Source: Isurus oxyrinchus (taxonomy: Eukaryota). Taken from it: a stretch of DNA of 64,000 nucleotides. A model generated the notes under the pieces. It saw only the letters and a list, made by a program, of their open reading frames with translations. It did not search any database and had not been told where the DNA came from. Shown piece by piece: positions 36,721-46,874 of the stretch. Within the stretch, counting starts at the first letter, position 1. The number at the start of each line of letters is the position of its first letter. A program made the translations under genes and the position numbers. The DNA is taken from the NCBI GenBank assembly GCA_026770705.1, contig JANJGN010000010.1, positions 154,628,001-154,692,000 on the forward strand, given 5' to 3'.

Positions 36721-37764
36721 ACAACCACATGGGTCCACAAAAGTGCAGGACAAAGGAGCCTAATTGAGCAATGCTAAATGGCAGAGGATGAACACTTCTG
36801 CCCCGAGATCTAAACGCAATGAATCTGAAGGTGCCTTTAATCTTGTGTAGCATTTAAATAGGGGCCTTTCCAGCAGCTCGTTATCCAAAATCACTGTTCC
36901 ACCCCTGATAGTGTTCAATTCATATACACTGCTGGTGTGTACAGATCAGCAGCGGTGATGTAAGCACAAGTAAAATAATTGTCTAAGGTGGCTAGATGGC
37001 AAATGGCATCTGAGGTTTTGCCCACCTCACCGCACTCCCCACTGTTCCACTCTAGACCTAACCCTAGGAGACCTCCCCATGAAATTCAGCTCCTTGCACT
37101 CTACTGTTCTGGGTGCATACAGGACTTGCTTTTTTAATTGCATCACCATACTGTCCAGACATTGAATGTAGTGAGTCTGTAGTTATTCTCATGTATCTCT
37201 CTAACTTACCCTTTGTTAATTCATAGAATCATTTGGCCCATCGTACTTGTGTTGGCTCATAGGATGAACTATCCCATTAGCCCCTCTCCCCTGTTCCATT
37301 CCATTCATTGCCTACTTCTGAGGGTAAGTTCACTGATCTTGTATTCCCAGTGGGAAGGTGTGCACTCTTAAAACATAGCTTCCAGCTGGTGCTTCAGAAT
37401 CACAGAACTTACCCTGTGATGGACATGTTATTGGCCAATGTCCAACAACTTTATCATTGCTAAATTTCATTCCATTAAATGTAAACCTTCACTCAGTGAT
37501 CTGCCTTTGAGTCAAAAGTTTATCTGTTCAACCCTCCCCTCAGGCTCTTGAATATGCAGTTGAGGATTATGTTTCAGTGTGGTATTGAGGGAGTGCTGCA
37601 GTGTCAAGGGTGTGGTCTTTCGGATGATACATTAAGCAGAGGCCCCTGTCTGCCTTCTGAGACAGAAGTTAGGAATGGCACTATCTGAATAACAGCAGAA
37701 CAACAGGCTGACTAGCTTAGCGTCGAGTCAACATTTATCCCTCAACCAACAGTGTTAAAAGCCA

Positions 37765-38525
37765 GAACAAAAACAGAATTACCTGGAAAAACTCAGCAGG
37801 TCTGGCAGCATCGGCAGAGATTTGACGTTTCGAGTCCTCATGACTCTTCCACAGAACTGAGTGAATGTAAGGAGAAGGCTGAAATATAAGCTGGTTTAAG
37901 GTTGGGGGGGATGTGTGTGTGTGGGGTGGGGGAGAGAAGTGGGGAGGGGGGTGGTGTGCTTGTAGGGACAAGCAAGCAGTGATAGGAGCAGATAATCAAA
38001 AGATGTCACAGACAAAAGAACAAAAGAACACAGAGGTGCTGAAGGTGGTGATATTATCTAAATGAATGTGCTAATTAAGAATGGATGATAAGGGCACTCA
38101 AGGTACAGCTCTAGTGGGGATGGGGTGGAAAGGCTAGCAGGGCATAAAAGATTTAAAAATAATGGAAATAGGTGGGAAAAGAAAAATCTATATAAATTAT
38201 TGGAAAAAACAAAAGGAAGGGGGAAGAAACAGAAAGGGGGTGGGGATGGAGGAGGGAGTTCAAGCTCTAAAGTTGTTGAATTCAATATTCAGTCCGGAAG
38301 GCTGTAAAGTGCCTAGTCGGAATATGAGGTGCTGTTCCTCCAGATTACGTTGAGCTTCACTGGAACAATGCAGCAAGCCAAGGACAGACATGTGGACATG
38401 AGAGCAAGGTGGAGCATTAAAATGGCAAGCGACAGGGAGGTATGGGTCATTCTTGCGGACAGACCGCAGGTGTTCTGCGAAGCGGTCGTCCAGTTTACGT
38501 TTGGTCTCTCCAATGTAGAGGTGAC
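37765..38525 (-). mobile_element. Penelope-like family 1 fragment
   Basis: YIGETKR...GLNIEF plus pLTR. Confidence 0.9.
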
Positions 38526-38589
38526 CACCGATTATATGGGCAGTTATTTCATTAGTATTTGTGGGATCATGCTGTGTGCTGATTTTTCT

Positions 38590-38968
38590 TTGTTCTTTCA
38601 GGGGTGTGGGTGTAGCTGGCAAGGCCAGTATTTGTTGTCTATCCCTAAGTGCTATTGAACTGAGTGGCTTGCTAGGCCATTTCAGAGGGCATTTAGAAGT
38701 CAACCACATTGCTGTGGGTCTGGAAGCACAGATGGCCAGGTCAGGTAAGGATGGCAGATTTCCTTCCCTAAAGGGCATTGGTGAACCAGATGGACTTTTA
38801 CAACAATCGATAATAGTTGTCTTGGTCACCATTACTGAGACTAGCTTTCAATTCCAGATTTATTAACTGAATTCAAATTCCACCAGCTGTTGTGGTGGGA
38901 TTTGAACCCATGTCCCCAGAACATTAGCCTGGTCCTCTGGGTTATTAGTGCAGCGAGTGGCTACCACA
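38590..38968 (-). mobile_element. Same SINE family, near full length
   Basis: Head, core and tail present. Confidence 0.8.
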
Positions 38969-39844
38969 TAACGAGAGTGACTATAATTGAAAGGTATTGC
39001 ATTTTCTCTGAAGCTGTAGGAGGTCTCGCGGACATGAAAGTAACTATATAAATGCAAATTCTTTCTGAATTGAATTTGCAGGCTGCAAAGCCAATTTCTT
39101 CTGCGAACGTTTTGCTGAATCCTTTGTCTTTACTGTTCTTACTTTAGTGTGGTCAGCAAATCTGATGTTAGGCTTCCAAGTAATTTATGTGGATGAAAAA
39201 AAAAACACAGGAAACAGAGAACCGGCCCCTAAGGGCCTCAGTTTAACGCCTACCGTCAGATTTGGCATTGTACCTCTGTTAATAGTATGTTAATTATATT
39301 GTTGGGACACATAGGTGGAGGTCATTGTTTAATTAAGTACTTTGAACACGTATAAATAGGGGAGAAGAGTGAGACGGAACAAAATCAATAAACTCGCTTG
39401 ATAAAGAAAAACTCTGTGTCTTAGTTTCCACCTCACCAACCAGCTTGGATCCTGTCAACAACCTTCCAAGAGGAATATCTCAGATAGAGTTGTAAAATAC
39501 TCTGGGACACAAGACCAAGAGTAGGCCATTTAGTCCCACTACAATAAACAGCAACAACCTGGTTCTCAGTTGAGCTGAATTCTAATCACGTTGATTGCTG
39601 ACCATCAGGGTGAAGGTTAAAGAAGATTTTGTCAGTGTATGTATTCAGCTGGTTGTAGATTGAAATAATTAATCCAGGCACTACCTCTGAAACAGAAGCC
39701 CTGTCTTATTTCAGGAGGTAAAACGGGCAAAATGGCCCTTTCAATTTCCTGCTGATTTCTACACTGTTCTGTCACCTAAATATATTCAATTTCCCGACCC
39801 ATTCATTTTCTATGTTGATTAATTTACCAGATTCAGTATCTTAC

Positions 39845-40183
39845 CCATAATCTCCACCTCAATGGTGTGCATTCCAAAGAGCGGAGGGACATATACAGAG
39901 CAAGTGTAGGATCCCTCATCTTTAATGCCAATATTTCTTATGCGGAGGGAAGCATTTCCATTCTTGATCTGGTCCATGAACACTTCAACTCCTTTCTCCA
40001 TGTGTTCGACCTGCTCATGTCGCCCATTGTAGGAAAACAATTTCCTCTTGTTCCCTTTGTGCTGATATCGCCAGTCAATGTTAAAGTCTGTGCTGTGATC
40101 AATTTTGTAGCCACAGTCCAGAACTAGGTCTTGCTTCAGTTTGGTTCTGATCGATGGGGTGCTGGTGTGAACAATGTAGGTCA
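39845..40183 (-). CDS. TAPBPL: Tapasin-family gene, exon 4 (IgV-like domain)
   Basis: VLDC..WRYQHKG..GNASL..DEGSYTCSV; 339 nt, phase 1-1, G|gtaag donor. Confidence 0.95.
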
Positions 40184-40320
40184 CTAACAAGTAAAAAGGA
40201 AAGGTCATTATGTTGTATTTCACAACAGTTAATCACTATTACTAACTCAGATAAAACGACTTGAAATTGTATTTTCTTCATAAGCTCGTCACTTCAGAAA
40301 TCCAGTCACATGATCTTTAT

Positions 40321-40454
40321 AAAAACAAAAAACTGCGGATGCTGGAAATCCAAAACAAAAACAGAATTACCTGGAAAAACTCAGCAGGTCTGGCAGCATC
40401 AAATGATGCTGCCAGACCTGCTGAGTTTTTCCAGGTAATTCTGTTTTTGTGTTG
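40321..40454. mobile_element. Penelope-tail hairpin insert with 14-bp TSD
   Basis: cacatgatctttat at 40307-40320 and 40455-40468. Confidence 0.88.
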
Positions 40455-40620
40455 CACATGATCTTTATGTTGCATGGGACTTTTTTGTTCACTTGCATTA
40501 TCATTGGAATTGATGAATTTTTAACACTCTAGTGGAAGGCAAATATTATCCATAACACACGTACATTTTTGCAGCACTCTCCCTAAAATTATACTGGGCT
40601 GGTCAGCATTTGAACGTTAC

Positions 40621-40911
40621 CTTGAACTGACAGGGTGTCTGTATCGCCAATGGCTGAATCTTCACCATCGGTTTTTGCTTCACTGTTCTTAGCCTGCTGG
40701 CTATCGGGCGCTTCTATTTTCCTCATGAAGCTGGTTGCAGTGAACCTGCTACTTAAAAGTTTTATAGTCACTGTGAACCAAATGTCCTTAATGGTCTCCT
40801 TACCCTGGTGGGGCCAGGGTACATGGATGCCATGGGTGGAATATCTGCTAATTTCACATCCCAATTTGTCCGGTGGCTCATTTACATACTGGAAAATATC
40901 TAATGAAGACT
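40621..40911 (-). CDS. TAPBPL: Tapasin-family gene, exon 3 (N domain, CEISRY...WP...WFTVT)
   Basis: tttacag acceptor, G|gtaacg donor, 291 nt open; CEISRY is a tapasin-family signature. Confidence 0.92.
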
Positions 40912-41424
40912 CTGTAAATAAGGAGGAAAATTCACATAATAATTAAACAGCAAGTTAATAGAAAATGATTCAAATCACTCGCAAAAAGAACGGTCCCAAT
41001 ACTAAACACGCACATTTCTCTGATCCTCCTAAGTTGCAAGATTTTACAAATCTTTCCATTGTACCTTGTGATATAAAGAAAAACAACCTGGGCATTCATA
41101 TATTGAAATATTATTCTTAAAACCTGAACTGCCTCCTTTTAAACTGAAAATCTACCTCTCTCAGTCAATGGTATCAACATTACCAATTCCATTTGACCAG
41201 CTGATTTTAAAAGGCTGACTTAGGGAGCTAAAGAACCAATAAACGTTGTCTCTCCCAAAAGACTTCTTCAAACTAATTACTGGCCATTACATCCAATTTT
41301 TTTTTGAAACAGGTCACCCTTACTGTGCAAACTAGCCCTGTCCCCATGAGCCTCAAGCCATGTGCACATCTGTTTTTTTTCCTCTCAATGAATTCTTAGC
41401 CAAACCTTGTCCTCTATGGTCCTG

Positions 41425-41825
41425 AAAGAATTGCATTTATATAGCACCTTTCAAATGCTCAGGATATCCCAAAGCACTTTACAGCCAATGGAACACATTT
41501 GGCAAGTAGTCACTGTGGCAATGTAGGAAATGCAGCAGCTAATTTATGCACAGCAAGCTCCCACAGTGGGATAATGATAATCTGCTTTAGTGCCACCTCC
41601 CCCACCACCCCCAGGTCATCTTCAAAACAGTGCTATGGCATCTCTTACATCCACCTGAAGGCAGGTAGAGCCTCAGTTTAACATCTCTTCCTAAAGATAG
41701 CACCTCCAGCCCCTTGAACAGAAGCATAAGTCTGAATTTTATGCTCAAATCTCCAGCGTGGGACTTGAACCCACAACCTTCTAACTCCAAGGCAAGAGTA
41801 CTACCCACTGAGCAATGGCTAACAC
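41425..41825 (-). mobile_element. DeuSINE-like, near full length
   Basis: Reverse complement of the same consensus. Confidence 0.75.
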
Positions 41826-43374
41826 ACACAACTAACAGAAGCTGTGATAATCTGTCCTTGAGAACTAGTCTTTCTTGCAGAATTTAAGCAGATTGGCAGA
41901 ATATTCAAATTGGGAGAAAAGTGTTAGCAGGCTAAATTTAACAACTAAGCTTGGTTATAGTTAAATGGAAAGTGAAGCAGAAATAGAATTTAGTAAATAC
42001 TGAGTATTAATATTAAGAATAAATGTAATGAGCAAACTCCATAATGGGTTATTTTGTCATCTTGTGAGAAAGATTTTTGGGTAGCCAATAACCTCTGATT
42101 GATGAATTCTGCAGTTTTCAATCTCAGTCGATTGTGCTTGAATCTGATGAATACAGTGTAAACCTCACATTGGAGAGACACCATCATTTGACCAAATCTC
42201 AGGATGTTTTTTTTAAATTCATTCATGGGATGTGGGCATCGCTGACAAAGCCAGCATCTGTTGCCCATCCTTAATTTCCTATGAACTGAGTGGCTTGCTA
42301 GGCTAATTCAGATGCCAATTAAAAGTCAACCGCATCTAAGAACAAATGGACTGTAAAACCAACCCACGTCGCCTTTTTAAGCCTGTTGGACCATTGGAAT
42401 ATCCACCCTCAAAAATCCCCATCACTTCCTTCCCTGGCAAGAGCAAACAATGACTCTTTACCATTTGAGATGTTAAACTGAGGCTCGATCTGACCTCAGG
42501 TGGATAGGAGAGTTGCCATGACACTATTTCAAAGAAGAGCAGAAGGTTTCTCCCTTGCATTCTGGCCCATATTTATTCCTCACAAAAACAGATTATCATT
42601 ATCCCATTGTTTCCAGATAGGATCCTAGGCAAACAGGCAAAGCGTAATGATATTCCAATTTAAAAAGATATAAACAGATTCCTGCAGCATTCAGTTAAAT
42701 GCAGTGCCGTTACCTATGAAAGTTAACACATTTTTATCTGCTTAGTTTAATATCTTTTACATGCTATTCGACAATCAGTGTCTCAGCCATTCAATAGACA
42801 AGAACCAACTGTTCTATGAATCTAGGTCTCATTAGCAATTCAAAACATCCTGTCACTTTACCAGCTTCATTTAAACTGCCATAGATGATTTACAGATTAT
42901 GTGATCAAGTTTCTAGGGCAGGTTTGGAACCCATAATCTAATGGCTTTGAGGCAAGAGTGCTAGCAGCCAAACCACAACTGACATTTAAGAATGTACTTA
43001 AAAGCAAAAACTATCATCACCAAGCAAAGATGGGAGTAATCTGGCAATCCAGCTTCTTGGTATTCATTGAGGTGCCTGTGTAATGCATGGAGTGACAGTA
43101 TGTAGGTATATATGGACAATTACAATTTATTGGTATAGTCTCATTAGATATATAGCTTCACTGTGTTAAACTTCACTTGCGCCAAACTAAAATGAGGAAT
43201 ACAAGATTGTTTTTTTTTGCTCCAACAGTACAAGCCATTCAGCCCATGTCTGACATGCGTCTTTGTGCCCAAGTCATTATTGTTGTGCCCAAGCATCAAT
43301 TTTATAAACACACAACTGGATCACAATCAAAAGGTCATGTATATAGTCTCCCCTCCACCTCCCTGTTAATAGTG

Positions 43375-43767
43375 GAGGTAGTGGCATAGTGGTATTGTCA
43401 CTGGACTAGTATTCCAGAGTCCCGGGATAATGCTCTGGGGACCTGGATTCAAATTCCACTGTGGTAGAATCTAGAATTAAAAGTCTGATGATGAGGGGAG
43501 ACTATATACATGACCTTTTGATTGTGATCCAGTAGTGTGTTTATAAAGTTGATGCTTGGGCACAACAATAATGACTTGGGCACAAAGACGCATGTCAGAC
43601 ATGGGCTGGTTCACTTTAGGGAAGGAAATCTGCTATCTTTACCTGATATGTACAGACCCACAGCTGTGTGTTTGACTCTTAAATGCCCCCTGAACAAGGG
43701 CAATTAGGAATGGGCAATAAATGCTGGCCTAGCCAGAGATGTCCACATCCCATGAATGAATAAAAAA
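43375..43767 (+). mobile_element. Same SINE family, containing an inverted copy of flanking DNA
   Basis: Head 43375-43492; core resumes at 43609. Confidence 0.8.
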
Positions 43768-44493
43768 ATGCAGGTGGAGGGTGTTCATTGGGGTTTCACT
43801 TGAGTATATATAAAGAGACATTCACTGAAACTGTGGTGTGTTTGAGTTAGGAGGTATACACTTGAAATGTTTCACTCTGTAAATAAATGCAAGGCTGAGT
43901 ATAAGATTGGCTCCAGCATCATCCTTCAGTAACTGGTCTTCTGGAATATAACAACCTCCTTTAAGATGTTGACTCAAACTGATGATGGACCAAGCCTGTG
44001 AATTTCCTTGCTCAGCTTTGCACTCTGGATTCAATTAGTTTTGTAGAATTTGAACATTTATATTTAGCTGCAGAATAATGCATTTTGAGGGTAATTTTAA
44101 CCTAACTTGCCATGCGGGATATGGGATCATATGGAACACCAGTTTTACTCTCTAGCCAATATTCCCCAGTGACTTCAATAGAAAATCAGGTTGGATATAA
44201 AACCAGTGTTGCACTCAATCCCATCAGTTTTCCAATGGGTGGGTTAATCTCAAATTACCCCTATTGTATTTTATATCATAAATTGCTCCTGTCCTTAGAA
44301 ATCAGTGGATTGTCTGGCTCATCCTGAGCAATGCCATGGGAGATCTGCTAGTACAATAAGATAAACAAAGTAGGACTTTCTACTACAAGTAATTGTGGGG
44401 GAATAAAAGGATTTCCCAAACCATTTCAAACAATTACCCTGAGTATAGGAGGTGCTTGCCAGAGAGAACTGATTCATGAACAATGCACAATAC

Positions 44494-44673
44494 CTTGAAC
44501 TTTAAAAGTAATGGCCTTCTCATTTGTATTGATATCACCAAACAGCAGCAAAGCCTTCCTCTTGACGGTTATTGGCCCAAGCACCTGTGTCTCTTCATTT
44601 GGTTTCTCCTCCACAAACATGCAGTCCAGCTTTCTTTTTGGGACCGTGTGCCTATTCTGTGCCCACACGATTC
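44494..44673 (-). CDS. TAPBPL: Tapasin-family gene, exon 2 (N domain, KLDCMFVEE...KALLLFG...ITFKVQ)
   Basis: tttttaag acceptor, G|gtattg donor, 180 nt, phase 1-1; resembles the tapasin/TAPBPR N-terminal xDCx(F/L)VE motif. Confidence 0.88.
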
Positions 44674-45222
44674 CTTAAAAAATAAATAGAGGAGTTTAAA
44701 AGAAAGCTTTTAACACCAAATGCATACTGTCGCATATTAGACAGGCACCTCAATGAATATCCAAGAAGTTGAATTGCCAAATTACTTGCTATCTTTGCAT
44801 GATGATAGTTTCTGTTTTGAAGTGCATTTTTTTTGACATCTCAAATGTCAGCTTTGGTTTGTCTGCTTGCACTCTTGCCTTCAAGCCATCAGATGATGGA
44901 TTCCAATCCTGCCCCAGGAACTTGAGTACATAATCCAGGCAATGTTGCTGCACTCTCACAGTGTTGCACTGGAGTACTGGACTTTGGAACCAAAATAGGT
45001 GTATGGAGTTAAGATACGGATCAGCCAAAATTTCATTGAAACGTGGAACAGGCTTGAGGGGCCGAATAGCCTACTTCTGTTCCTATGTTCCAAACTTGGT
45101 GTAATTGATTTCTGTATTGGACTAAATATTATTACTGAATTGCTATATGTTACAGAGAGGCAATAAACACTGCAGACCATTGCTTACTTATTTTGATCTG
45201 CAGCACTGCATCTATCATTGAG

Positions 45223-45766
45223 TGTAAAAACTAAAAAAACTGCAGATGCTGGAAATCCAAAACAAAAACAGAATTACCTGGAAAAACTCAGCAGGTCTGG
45301 CAGCATCGGCGGAAAAGAAAAGTGTTGACTTTTGGAGTCCTCATGACCCTTCGACAGAACTTGAGTTCGAGTCCAAGAAAGAGTTGAAATATAAGCTGGT
45401 TTAAGGTGTGTGAGGGGGGGAAGAGAGAGAGAGAGAAGTGGAGGGGGTTGGTGTGGTTGTAGTGACAAACAAGTAGTGATGATCACTGCTTGTTTGTCCC
45501 TACAACCACACCAACCCCCTCCACCTCTCTCTCTCTCTCTCCCCCCCCCCCCCCCCCCAACCTCCCACCCACACACACACACATACCTTAAACCAGCTTA
45601 TAGTTCAACTCTTTCTTGGACTCGAACTCAAGTTCTGTCGAAGGGTCATGAAGACTCGAAACGTCAACTCTTTTCTTCTCCGCCGATGCTGCCAGACCTG
45701 CTGAGTTTTTCCAGGTAATTCTGTTTTTGTTTTGGATTTCCAGCATCTGCAGTTTTTTTGTTTTTA
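45223..45766. mobile_element. Near-perfect palindrome made of two Penelope family 1 pLTRs
   Basis: Arms meet at 45480-45482 (agtgat g atcact). Confidence 0.9.
45631..45669 (+). ncRNA. Minimal hammerhead motif with variant core CUGUCGA
   Basis: AGTT CTGTCGA a GGGTC atgaa GACTC GAAA CGTC AACT; stem I AGTT/AACT; GUC triplet. Confidence 0.55.
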
Positions 45767-46649
45767 TCTCTATCCAGGTCTTGTTCAATTGAGATTATCA
45801 AAAGATATCATTGGCACTTATGAAAATGGAACATCTTATTGTAGTTCACAACATTCAGGCAAAGCATTCTCTGGTCCCTACATAGACCAGCATCTTGAAG
45901 ATTTCATCTATTGGGCATTTCTTATGAAATTGTAAATGCATTCTTTAAAGTGTTTATGAATTTAATAGATAAAAGAAACTGCCTTTATATAGCACAATGA
46001 AGTGAATGATGAAATAATCTATTCTTGGTGACGTTGGTTAAGAGATAAATGTTTGCTGGGACATAAGGGAGAACTCACTCTTTAAAAGTGCATTTGGATT
46101 TTTAACATCTAGCTGAAGCTCTATTGGGGTTTACAAGTACTGTGACAGTGCAGCACTCCTGCAGCACTGCACTCTGGTGTCAGTATCTTGCGCCTCAGAG
46201 GCAATAACCCAAACCCACTGAGCCAAACTGATCTAAAGGTGCCAGGGGGAATCTTCACACAGACGTGGGAAAAGACCTTAATACATGACCAAATCGAGGA
46301 ATGCTTATCCCATTGGCCCTTTACAGGTGTCAGTTACAATGTTTGTTGGGTTTCTAATCTTCGCTCACCCGTAGAAAGGGGAGGGGTCGCTAAAGCTATT
46401 TCTTCCTCCCGTCATTGACACAGTAAGCCAATGGGGTTTTTTTTTGACATGCCCTTGCTTATTGGCAGTTTGTGTAATCAGTACAGTTCTTTCAGCGGCG
46501 ATGGTACTGGGTTTGTCAAACCCAAGATCAAGAGTTCGAATCTCACAATGGCAAACAATGTAACTTCATCTGAAACAGATGGAAACGGGTTTGTACTCGA
46601 AAGAGTTACACTGCCATTTCTAGCCTGTAATGATCCCACGAGCACTGTT

Positions 46650-46661
46650 AGTTTCACTTTC
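46650..46661 (+). promoter_or_regulatory. Canonical ISRE AGTTTCACTTTC in intron 1 of the tapasin-like gene
   Basis: Exact match to AGTTTCNNTTTC about 90 bp into intron 1. Confidence 0.6.
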
Positions 46662-46747
46662 AAAACACGTCTCTCTGCGGCCGATTTCAAACATAAACAC
46701 AATCGCCAAATTGAAACCAGGTCGGTGGGAGCGACTGAACGTCTTAC

Positions 46748-46793
46748 CGGCAGCAAGAATCGAAAAGTGCAAAAGGAATATCTTTAAAAACAT
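46748..46793 (-). CDS. TAPBPL: Tapasin-family (TAPBP-like) gene, exon 1 (signal peptide MFLKIFLLHFSILAAG)
   Basis: ATG at 46793, hydrophobic leader, donor G|gtaaga, phase 1 matching exon 2. The symbol denotes the tapasin-like family; exact orthology needs phylogeny. Confidence 0.8.
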
Positions 46794-46841
46794 TGCGGAT
46801 TCTCAGTGTGCGCCGCTGCTAGGTCACGGCTGCTTCGCCAC

Positions 46842-46874
46842 ACTTTCGCTTTCCATTCAACGCGGAAGCTTTCC
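46842..46874 (-). promoter_or_regulatory. ISRE/IRF-E (GGAAAGCGAAAGT) plus kB-like site (GGAAAGCTTCC) upstream of the tapasin-like ATG
   Basis: GAAANNGAAA consensus about 50-60 bp 5' of the ATG, as expected for an MHC-I pathway gene. Confidence 0.7.

Noticed and set aside
38260-38832. 190-aa ORF as a novel GIY-YIG fusion protein
   Set aside because: Chance read-through from a SINE into a truncated Penelope fragment
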